Source of the DNA: Camelus dromedarius
Taxonomy: Eukaryota
Direction: 5' to 3'
NCBI RefSeq assembly: GCF_036321535.1
Contig: NC_087438.1
Location: 95,294,001 to 95,358,000 of the forward strand
Length of the DNA stretch: 64,000 nt
Of the stretch, positions 25,396 to 36,526 are shown piece after piece (positions within the stretch are counted from its first letter, which is position 1; each line of letters begins with the position of its first letter). Both the position numbers and the translations under genes were made by a program. The notes under the pieces were generated by a model. That model did no database searches, was not told where the DNA came from, and saw only the letters and a program-made list of their open reading frames with translations.

Positions 25396-26998
25396 ACTAA
25401 TTATCTCTTGCAACGTGCTTGTTCCACACGAACTTGCTGACCTTCTTGGTAACTCTGCTTAGACGCCGCCAGAGCTGTTCAGAGGGCCCAGGCTTTCCAA
25501 TCAGCTTGAAAAACATTGATGATGTTCTGGAGTACCCTGCTTTCTGTCCCCCTTGCCTCTTTCTCTTCTCTTCTTTCTTCTCTTTTTTTCTTTCCTTCTG
25601 CATGTCTACTGAAGGGCTCCTGGCCCCAAACAATATTGTTAAAACCAGTATTTGGTTCCCTGTGTCGAAAAGTTTTCTTTTGGGGCCAAAGGTCATACTT
25701 TTTCTTTTCCATTTGTAATTTCCAACTTTTTGCTTAGCAGAGCTTACTTTCAAGGATCTGACATGCACAGTAAAATGTAAGTGGTTGATGAGTCTCATAA
25801 TGGAGCTGCCAAGACCTACCCATGAAGAAATATCACCCAGAGGCCAAGAACTACGGAAGAAATCAGATCAGAATGGAGATTAAGTCACCTAGGAAAGAGA
25901 CCAGTCACCTAGAAGAAATAAGGGTGTCATCAAGGCCAAGAGGAGGGTGGAAAGAAGAGAAGGTTAGCAGATTGAATATACGAACCTCCTTAGTTGACTT
26001 TTAACCACTAGCTGACAATGCTTTTCCTTGTCCCAAGGCTGCCTCCCTGCAGTCAGGTCCAGGAAATGCCAGGTTGGCTTCTCTCCATCAGCCTCCTGCT
26101 GTCCTTCTCTAGCTGACCCAGAACCCTGATACATGTCCTACCCAGCCTGTCTCTTCTGGCAGCCCATTTCCTCCTGTCCTGTAACGTGGCTGATTCATGC
26201 AGGTCCTGGACAAGGAGCCTTCGTGGACACCCTGCCTCCCTCCACCTTCCAAATCACAAGAAGGAGGAATTGCACTTAGAAAAGAACATTCTCAGAGATA
26301 TTCTCAAAATGTGCAACTTGTCACTGCTGGGGTGAGCAGCAAGGCTAAGGGAACTGTTATTCTAATCTGTGGAATTACAGAAACAGCCAACATCACTGAG
26401 GACCATCTCTCCCCATTCCTGTGTTTTGTTAGTTCAGCATCAACTGACTTAACTAGAACAGACAAAGGCTCATTAAAATATCATGTTGGACGAGATGTAA
26501 TTCTCAGAATAATGTTAACATCAAACAAGCAATTGGGAGGCAGCATTGCTCTGGCCCTGCAAGGGAGGGGATATTTTGCAGGGTAAGCACTCTTCTCGCC
26601 AGTGGGGCTTGGATGCTGGGTGGAGGGAAATGATTATGGATGAAGAGGCCACTGCTGCGAGGGTAGTAACTCTGTGTTGACTAAACCAAACTCTATTCTC
26701 TGAATATTTGGTTTCTCAAAACGTAATTCTTTTTTAAACCTAAACCCACTAATTACATCTCTGAATTGACTATTCAGCAATTCTTCCATAAAAATCAACC
26801 ACCAGTCCACTTTTAAGAGAAGCTGCCAGAATAACTTTAAAGTTTGCCAGAGTCATCTTGCCCATAGAAAGGACCCGTCAGGTGTGAGGCATCACGGGAA
26901 AAACACTAGGGCAAAGGGATTCCAGAGGTAGCTAGTTGGATGTAGTGTGAAGATCATTGCCTCAAACTAGATCTAAGTTTTAGTTCTAGCTCAGTCAC

Positions 26999-27412
26999 TG
27001 TAGTGGATTGAGGGGTGTACCTTCCAAATTTATGTCTCCTCAGAACGTGACCATATTTGGAAATAGGGTTTTTGCATGTGTGATTAATTCAGTTTAGATG
27101 CGGTCCTACTGGATTTGAGGGGCCATACTAAAGACTGGAATCCTTAAAAGAAGAGGAGAGATGCAGAGGAAAGGAGGCCATTTGAAGACAGGCAGAGATT
27201 GGAGTAATGCAGCGACAAACGAAGGAATGCTCAGGGTTGCCAGGAGCCTCCAGAAGTTAGAAAGAAGCCAGAAAGATTCAGAGTGAGCAAGACCCTACTC
27301 ACACCTTGTTTTTGGACTTTTAGTGCCCGGAACTCTGAGGGGATAAATTTCTGTTGTTTTAAGCCACTGAGCTTGTGGTAATTGATTGTGGCAGTTTTAG
27401 GAATTGAATATA
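26999..27412 (+). mobile_element. MaLR solo LTR (MLT1C/D-like) inserted in a MIR
   Basis: 'tgtagtggattga...gtgaccatatttggaaatagggtttttgca...gataaatttctgttgttttaagccactgagcttgtggtaatt...gaatata'; exact 5-bp TSD GTCAC at 26994-26998 and 27413-27417; MIR sequence continues on both sides (~26925-27650). Confidence 0.92.
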
Positions 27413-28289
27413 GTCACTAATCAGCTAAGTAAACGTGAGTTAGCTAGTTATTCTCTCTGGGCCGCAGTTTCTTTGTCTTGACCAGAGTTGGCATCTCTGA
27501 CTTTGGATAAGTTATATAATCACTCTTTTTTCTCATCTTAAGACGAGATACTATAACTTGCTTTTTGGTAAAGAGAATTAGAATTAACCCTTGTTGAGCA
27601 TTTAGTAATTGTGAGCATTAATAGGCGTCTCACTAAATATTTATTACCACTTCTATATCCTGCCTCGATCTGAAAAGAAATTGAGATGGCTTAACAAATT
27701 CTCGCCGTAAATCATGATACACTTGCACAGAAGTTGATGCTAAGCTTTCCAACATCCAGTGCAAAAAGGAAACATGACATTTTATGTCACTCACATAACC
27801 ACAGGGCAAATTATCACAATTTTATCATGGCAATCTTAGGGAAGATAGTAGTGGGCCAGGCTGTACACTCCCATGGGCCACAAGTTTTCCTAAACATGTT
27901 TACAGATTTGATTTAGCCTCCTATGGTACTAAGTTTCTACTGTGTCTATAAGACTTATAGTAGCAGAAATAAGGAGAGTCCTGATTTCCGTACAGAAAGA
28001 ACTTCTAGTCCAGTAGTAGGGTAGTGAGTGGAGGGCAGTCAGATAAGCCTTCAAGAAACTGCTGTGAGGTGGAAGAAGCAGAACTGTCCTCGGTTCTTTT
28101 GAGGGTTGAAGAGATGGATTAATCAGTAACATTATGAAACAACACAAAGCCACGTCTCATCCTGCAGCCAAGGAACATGTTACTTACCAAATACTGGTAA
28201 CGTCATTTCACCTCCTGTCCCCAGCCTAGTGCCCCAGAAGGGCAGTTTGGAGGATAAGGGACTTCATTTTCTTGAAACACCTACTGTGA

Positions 28290-28815
28290 GGATTGCCATT
28301 TCTATGAAAATTAAAGTCTAGAAGTTGAAAGCAAAAAACAGTGTGCTTAGTGCTGGGAACATACCAGTGAGAAAAACAGACACGATCCTTGCCCTGATAG
28401 AGTTTATACTCTCACAGGGAGAGAGACATCAGGTGATTATCACCAGATTGAAGGTAAAAATGTCCTGTACTATGAGAGTGGATAATGTAGAGAGTTGTTC
28501 TAGTTAGGGGGAGCAGAAAGGTTGTCATGAAGAAGTGTGTCTGAGCTGAGATCTGCATTTATCTAGGTGAATAGGGGAGAAAAAGCATTCCAGACAGAAT
28601 AGGCAGCATGTGCAAAGGCCCTGAGATGAGCAGCACTTGACTAGTAGAAAGGATGGAATCAGGCCCAATGCCAGTGCTTTGGAACAACAAGGCAGGGTGT
28701 GGAGGGAGGAGGAGGCTGTTGAGTGAGATGGCATCAAGACCATGCAGAACCTTGTCAGTCATGTTAAGTTTCATCTTTATCCCAAGAAAAATGTAAAGCT
28801 ATTTGCGAGTTTAGA
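28290..28815 (-). mobile_element. L2 LINE fragment
   Basis: 'gtgctgggaacataccagtgagaaaaacagacacgatccttgccctgatagagttta...cagcatgtgcaaaggccctgag'. Confidence 0.9.
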
Positions 28816-28819
28816 AGTT

Positions 28820-28972
28820 TGCAGCAGAGTGTGGTTCATGGGTCAGCAGCATGGGCATCGTGGGGCAACATGTTGGAAAGGTAGAACTCAGGCCCAGCCC
28901 ACACCTGCTGCTGAAACAGTCTGTTCCCCACTTGATTGACATTCATATTAAAATTGGAAAAACACTGGCTTA
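28820..28972. mobile_element. MER5-like hAT fragment
   Basis: 'gtgtggttcatgggtcagcagcatgggcatc...tgttggaaaggtagaactcaggcccagcccacacctgctg...ttggaaaaacactgg'. Confidence 0.7.
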
Positions 28973-31189
28973 GAACATTTTTAGGTAGTGTAGGAACTGC
29001 ACAGTGTGGAACATCTACTTGAAACATCTGTGTTACTGAGTATGCATGCGTGCTTGAGTGTGTGTGTTAGGGAGGGACAATAACACGTCACGTTGTTCTG
29101 TGTACAGTCTCCTTGGGATCAATAACTGCATTTTCTGCTGTGCCAGAGCTCCTCCGTGCACTTGAGACGGTGCTGAGTGTGTTCAGCATGCCCCATAATC
29201 ATTGCATGGCCCAAAGAAGTCTCTGTCCATGGTGGCACATCACACAGACACAGTGCCTCTGTGGGGCTGGCTTCTACTCCTGGCAGACATCTCTAAATGA
29301 TCAGGCTCCTTTTTACCCTGAGTTTAGACATGGCCTGAGACTCTCTCCACACAGTTCACCAGTGCATATCAATTGATCTCAATCAACACACAAGATGAAA
29401 TCAATTCGCCATCCCCAATTTCTTTGAGCAAGGCGTGAAAATGAATTTCAGCAACAATCGACATTTTTGAAGCTTCAAATGTATTTGCGCAGGATCCTTT
29501 AGGCTTGCAGGCCTAATTTCTGGGAATACTTCTCTGAGTGGTGAGCAGAATCACACCCCCTTGGAGCCTGGCCCCGAGGGGCAGTGACAGTCACACAGCA
29601 GGCTCCCTGACCAGAAGTGGAGGGAGAAATCTCAGCTCAGAGAGCCTGCTTCTCACAAGGGCACTGACAGCTCAGGGAGGAGCAGCAGAGACTCCTTCAA
29701 GTAGTTGTGTTTTTGAAGCATCAGAGCTGCCTCTGGATCTACAAAGAAGGATGACTGGAAGCTGTTCGGAAATACACTTAGCAGCTGGGCAACTTCAGCT
29801 ACTGCAAGCTTAGACAGAGGTGGATGGGCTGTCAAACCCCACACAATTAATCCTGACTCTCTGAACCAAGCAAATTCCCAGCAGCATGACTATCCCCCTT
29901 CATATGCCCCTCAAATTGTTTATAATAGAAGAAACTAATCTTTCTCTTCCCTCAGCACAGACATAGAGGTGAGTGATAAAACTGGATTTGCCACCAACTG
30001 TCCCAAATCCAATATTTTGTCAGTCCTTTCAAGAACAAGCATTTTTCTGGACACTCAGATACATGACTGTAATCAAATGAGATCGATTATGTGTCTGAAT
30101 GAATCAGCTTTATTATTTTGGAGTCTTTTAGACTTGGCCTGGACCAGCATTTAGGTGTTTGATAAATTCAAAAAAGATTGGTAGATTCAAAAAGACCACT
30201 GAGCACTCTCGTATTTGAGTTTCCTTTGAGTCCTAATGGTAAGAGGGACAAGCAAGAAACTCAGGATACAGCTCCAGTCCTCAGCATCATTGCCATATCA
30301 TTAAGTGACATTTTATTTATCCATATGACGTCACTAGAGGCAAACACATGGCAGACTGATAAGCAGATCAACCAACCAAACAGGAGAGTTTGGGTAGTGA
30401 GGAAGAACCAAGGCACAGTTAATGATACAGAACCTAACTGTACAGTACAAAATGATAAGGCAATACCAGTATAGCATAGTGTTGCTAACTGAGCTGCAGG
30501 CTCAGAGGAAGGTGGAGGATGTAAGCTGAATGCTAGGAGTTGAAAAAAGTCAAACTGTTGAGCAATCCATCCAGTAGATATATATGTAGCTTCATTGAGC
30601 ATGTTCAGAATTTCTGTGTTGACACTGTACACCTTACATCTAGAGTTGTCTTTCCAAGGAGGTTGTCAAGGATGGCTCAGATTGGCACATCTTGAAAGAA
30701 TGATCATTCAAAGAGGTAAAGATGTTTTCTTTCCAAATACCAGTATCCCTAAGTAACTTCTCTGCAATGTTCAGAAAGGCTGACTCTGAAACACAGAAAG
30801 TAAGCAACTAATTCCAGCATTCACGTCGACTCCTATAGTTTCTGTATTCCCCTGGGAGTTAGTCCATCATAGTTTTATTTTATTACTATGTTCAGTTCTA
30901 TGCACAGCATGAAAGTCTAACTTTGAGCCACCAAATTCCATAATGCTAATTCAATAGATTTTATACTTCAGCTAGCTCCTCTGGGGAAAGTACTATTGCA
31001 ATATATTCCTGTTTGAAAGCTATGATCGTGCTAATGTACACAAAGCACGTTGCTGAGCAAAAGACATGTATCTGAGTGTGTTCATTATGCATCCTTGGCA
31101 TGAGTTCAAGGCTCTCTGTACAATGAGGAAAATGTCCATTTATTTATTTATGTATTTATTATTTATTCAAATGGTAACCTGTGATCTAT

Positions 31190-31893
31190 TTTTTCCAACT
31201 AAATTGAGATATAATTGACATATAACATGGTGTAAGTTTAAGGTGCACAACATGTTGATTTGCTGCACTTACGTGTTGCAAAATGATTACCGCTGTAGGG
31301 TTAGTTAACAATCACCTCACATAATTGCCACTTCTGCTTTGGATGAAGGAAGAGAGAACTGGGTGTCTTTGGCAGTGTCTCACACAGCCGGGGAGGCTGG
31401 ATGCTCACTTGCATGATTTCACTTTCGCCTGAGGGGAAATCATACTCAGAAAATCTCTCCTGGCCCTTGGCTGTGCTGCCTTCGGGGAGGGGTGATGTAG
31501 GAAAAGCCTCCAGTGTGTCCACACTCCTTTTGTTGTTGTTCATGATGCTCCATTGGCAGGACTTCTCCAAGGGAAACCTGGCCTCCCGCAGCGGCTTTCT
31601 TGTCCATGGGTGACTGCCTAAGATGGGGTTTTCCAGAGCCTCTCGGACCATACCTGAAGGGGCCTGGAGCTGGGTCATGAATCGCTGCAGGGTTCTTTGC
31701 TAGGACCTGAAGTCTGTATGCCAATTACTTGATGCGTGGGTGGGGGAGACCGCTCTCAGGCCCCTTGTCATATGGTACTGGACCCCATGATTCTCAGAGT
31801 GACACCTTTTTTTGTGGATGGATGCCAGGTTGTTGTTGTTGAGGGTGAGGGGACATGGCGGGGGATGCCTTATTCAGTCGTGTTGTGGACGTG
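31190..31893 (-). mobile_element. L1M element with a 3' end joined to a 5' end (internally deleted copy)
   Basis: 31190-31335 is an L1MA9/MB-like 3' end ('aattgagatataattgacatataac...gattaccgctgtagggttagttaaca'); 31340-31893 resembles an antisense L1M 5' UTR ('ggaggctggatgctcac...cactttcgcc...gctgtgctgccttcggggaggggtgatg...ccttattcagtcgtgttg'); degenerate TSD acctgtgatctat / acctgttggttcat. Confidence 0.6.
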
Positions 31894-34800
31894 ACCTGTT
31901 GGTTCATGTAGAAAGCTGATCAGAGCAGCTGTTGATCTCAGAACATCTGGATGAGGTATGGAATTTAAATGAATTGTTTGAAATTCATCAGTGCAATGAT
32001 TTGAATGAGGAGTGGGAGGATGTATAAAGGAGCCTTAACTTTATTTAGCTCACTTTCTTGAAGTGGAGAGCTAAAACCAGAGTGACATGATACATATTTT
32101 AAAAGTAGATTAAAGTAAATACAATCCAAGAAATAATATTCTGCTCAATTCTATTCAGAATATAATAGGAAAAATGCATTTATATCTGGGCTTCTCTTCT
32201 TAACAAACATAAATATTCATGGAAAAGTGTCCAGGGTGAGGAGGTATTTAGAAGTTGCACCATGTGAGGAATGACAGAGGCTATTTAGCCTAATTTTAAC
32301 CCTGGGAGAAAGCCTTCAGAAAAGTGGCTTTGAATGACTGAAAAACTACTTTGTGGAAGCACACTCATTCTGTGTTGTTCCAGGAGAGCAGAACAGAAAG
32401 AAGTAAGCACAGTGATAGAATTTCCAAGCTATTAGAACTGCCCGGTGATCAAATCAGGGGTGGCAGAAGCAGAACAAGATGAGACATAGCAGCAGCAAGA
32501 ACCATTTGGGACAAAAAAAGGAAAAAAAAAGAACTAGGGCGAAGAATGAGGAACTGAGTTCTTTTTCTTGACTCAAATCCTCTACATAAAAGGAAAAAGA
32601 ACTAGGAGAGTTGTTTTTTTTTTAAGTAGACTTTAAAAAAAAGTGTGAGATGTACCAAAGAACCAAGGAGACAGTTCAGAGAGCTGCCGTATACCCTATA
32701 CCTGATTTCCGCAGTTATTTTACTAGCTGACCTTAGTATGGTGCATGTGTCACAATTAATGAACTAATACTGATACAATATTGTTAGCTAACTGAAGTCC
32801 ATACTTTATTCACATTTTCTTAATTTTACCAAATGCCTTTCCGGAATCCCATTCAGGACACCACGTTACATTTACATGTCCCATCTTCTTAGGCCTCTCT
32901 TGGCTGCAAAAGTTTCTCATCTTTTTCTTGTTCTGGATGACCTTAACAGTTTTGAGGAGTAGTGCTCACGTATTTTGTAGGATGGGCCTCAAGGATTTGT
33001 CTGATGTTTTTCCCCTAATTAGGTTAGGATTATGGGTTTGGGGGAGGAAGAGCACTGAGATACAGTATCACATCATATCGAGGGTGGACGTGATCAACAT
33101 AGTTTATCACTGTTGATGTTGACCTTGATCGCCTGACTGGGATAATGTTTGTCACATTTTCCACTGTAAAGTCACTTACCCTTCCCCTTTTCCTTGGTAT
33201 CCTCTTTGGAAGGAGGTCACTCTGTGGAGCCCCCACTTAAGGGAGGGGAATTTATGCTCTCTCCACCCCCTGAGAGGGGAGCATCTACACAATTTTTTGG
33301 ACATCTTCTGCAAGGGAAATTTGTCTCTTCTCCATCAATTATTTATTTGTTCAGTTATTTATATTAGCAGGGACTCATGGATATTCATGCTATACTTTGG
33401 GTTATAATCCAGTACTACTTTATTTACTTGTTCAGATTGTTCTGGCTTTGACTATTGGGAGCTCTTTCTGTTGGCTCCTGTGTCTTTATGACACACACCA
33501 TCAATGTAGGTTTTGTTTTGTTTGTTTTTGTTTTTTGAGCATCCGCTTACTTTTTGACACTTCAAGAAGGTCCAGGCTCATCCTATATATTTACTGCCCT
33601 GATAATAGAATCAGCCGTTTCTCCAAGAAGTCCTGGAGAATGGTATAACAGATCAAGTTCTGGGTGTTAGATGTGTTCACTGCTGCTGCAGTCTTGTTGC
33701 GTCAGCTGATAGATAAGAGATGTGTGTGTATGTAAACATTTATCTTTTGTCTTAAATATTTCCATACATACCTCTCTGTAGGCATGTTAATACTGAGTTC
33801 ATACTGATGTCTTCAACTCTAATCTAGTTCCACCTGGATTGTTCCAGCCATCTCCCTTCGCTTTACTATAATCCCCACTGGAATAGTGAGGTAACTGACT
33901 CCCACTGTCCATCGTCCATTTACTTAATTGTTCAATTCCAATTTCTGAATTGTTCATCTGAACCCCCATCTGAAACAGTTTTATCAACTAGAATACAGTG
34001 CTTACGTGCAGCTCCTTTTGCCTTTATTTTTGCAGACTCCAGAGTTACATAGCTCAGCACCTTTCCTCTCATCCCTTCAGTGGGGTAGTTCCATGTATTT
34101 GTTATCCAGTTAGATTTTTCTTACCACAGTCTTAATTCTTTTCTGGGATTCTTTAATCACATTTTTGCTTTTGCTTTTAAATTTGCCTCCACTCAGGTTC
34201 ACTCTTTGTTGTGTAAAATTCTATGGGTTTTGAAAATAATGTCAAGAATAATACAGAATAATTGCACCTTCCTACATTCCCTGTGCTTCCCCTACATAAC
34301 CCTCCATCTCTGCCCCCCAAACCCAGGCAGCCACTGATCTGTTTACCACCTCTGTAGTTTTGTCTTTTCCAGAATGTCACATCACTGGAGTTATTCAGGA
34401 CAGGACATAGGCTTTTCAGGCTGGCTTCTTTTACTTAGTAATAGGCATTTAAGTTTCATTCTTATTTTTTTTTTTCATGATTTGATTGTTTATTTCTTTT
34501 TATCAGTAAATAATATTCCATTGTGAACAAACCACAGCTTGTTTGCCTCATTCACCTATTGAACAACATCTTGGTGGCTTCCAGTTTTTGTCAGTTATGA
34601 ATAAAGCTGTCATTAAACATTTACTTGTAGATTTTTCTGACATAAGTTTTCAGTTAAGTTCAGTAAATACCTAGGAGTGTGATTCCTGGATTGTCTGGTA
34701 AGAATATGTTTAATTTAATTAAAAAACTGCCAAACCGTCTTCCAAAGTGACAGTACTCTCTTTCATTTCCACTAGCTCTAAATAAGAATTCTGATTGCTT

Positions 34801-35945
34801 TGCTTCTTTGCCAACATTTGGTATTGTCAGGCTTTCGTTTTTTCTTTTTCTTTTTTTTTTTCACCATTTTAATAGCTGTGGGGTAGTATCTCATTGTTTT
34901 AATTTGAATTCCCTAATGACAGATATTGTTGAAAATCTTTTCATATGGTTATTTTCCATCTGGTTATCTTCTTTTATGAGGTGTATTTTCAGATCTTTTG
35001 ACTATTTTTTAAACTGGGTTGTTTGTTTTCCTATCATTGAGCACATTTACATTTTGGTTATAAGTCATTGATTAGATACATATTTTGCAACTGTTTTCTC
35101 CCAGTTTGTGGCTGTCTTTTAATTCTTTTAATAGTATTTTTTACAGACCAGAAGATTTTAATTTTAATAACACTTAATTTATCAAGTTTTTTTCCTAATG
35201 AATCAACCTTTTTATGTTGCATCAGAAAACTCACCATCAAACCAAAGGTCACCTATATTTTCTCCTAGAAGTTTATAGTTTTGCATTTTACATTTAGATC
35301 TACAAAGCATTCTGAGTTAATTTTTGTAAATGGTGCAAGGTCATGTCTAGAGGTCTTTGTTTTTTTTGTTATTTGGTTTAGACATCCTCTTATTCCAGCA
35401 CTGTTTGTTTAAAAGACTTTTTCTCTGTTCAGTGCCTTTGATTCCTAGATCAGTTGACTCTATTTGTGTAAATTTGTTTCTGGGCTCTCTATTCTGTTCC
35501 ACTGATCTGTGTCTTTTTTTTCTCCATCAATTCCATATTGTAGCTTTATAGAACGTCTTGACAATCTATAGTGTCAGTGCTCTTTATTCTTCAGCATTTT
35601 GTTGGCTATTTGGGGTCTTTTGCCTTTCCATATAAACATTAGAATGAGTTTATTGATACTTATAAGATAGTTTACCTGAATTTTGATTGGTGTTGCATTG
35701 GATCTGTAGAAAAACCTTGAAGAATTGATGTCTTAGAAATACCAAGTTTTCCTATTCGTGAACACAGAATGTCTCTCCATTTATTTTTATCATCTTTTAT
35801 TTATTTTATGAGAGTTTTATAGTTTTCTGCATATAGACCTTGTACATATTTTGTTAAATATATAACTAATTCATTTTTTTTACTGTTGTAAATGATGTTG
35901 TGTTTTCAAATTTTAAAATTCAATTGTTCATTGGAATGGAGAGAC

Positions 35946-36387
35946 TGCATTAGTGTATGGTCAGGATGGGGGGTGTAGTGGGGAGAGGGGTACAGTATGG
36001 AGAGGGAGAGAGAAAGGGAGAATTGACTCACAAGATTGTGGTTGGGCTGGCAAGTCCAAAATCTATAGGTCAAGTTGGTAGGCTGGAAATTTAGGTAAGA
36101 GCTGATGTTCAGTCTTAAGTCCAACATTTGCAGGACAAGGAAGGCAGGCTAGAAATCCTAGGAGGGTTTATATGTTGCAATCTTGAGGCTAAATTCCTCC
36201 TTCTTTGGGAAACCATAGTCTTTGTTCTTGAGGCCTTCATTTGATTCCATGAAGTCCACCATGTTATGGAGGGTAATCTGCTTTACTCAAAGTCTACTGA
36301 TTTGAATGTTAATCACATCTTTAAAAAAGAAAACAAAAACCTTCATAATAACATCTAGACTAGTGTTTGACCAAACAACTGGGTGCA
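35946..36387 (-). mobile_element. MLT2 (ERVL) LTR inserted in the L1MC
   Basis: 'ctggcaagtccaaaatctatagg...gagctgatgttcagtcttaagtcc...ggagggtaatctgctttactcaaagtctactgatttgaatgttaatcacatc...gtgtttgaccaaacaactggg'; the right end lies in an N block. Confidence 0.9.
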
Positions 36388-36526
36388 NNNNNNNNNNNNN
36401 NNNNNNNNNNNNNNNNNNNNNNNNNNNNNNNNNNNNNNNNNNNNNNNNNNNNNNNNNNNNNNNNNNNNNNNNNNNNNNNNNNNNNNNNNNNNNNNNNNNN
36501 NNNNNNNNNNNNNNNNNNNNNNNNNN
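36388..36526. other. N block (139 nt)
   Basis: Run of N spanning the MLT2/L1 junction. Confidence 0.99.

Noticed and set aside
25397-25798. Overlapping minus-strand ORFs rich in K/E/R, resembling a processed pseudogene
   Set aside because: The charged stretch is the antisense of a (CTTCT/CTTT)n tract; no recognisable parent protein, poly-A tail or TSD.
29538-29844. ORF with an alternate frame containing 'LREEQQRLLQ'
   Set aside because: The alternate frame has many stops and no identifiable parent.
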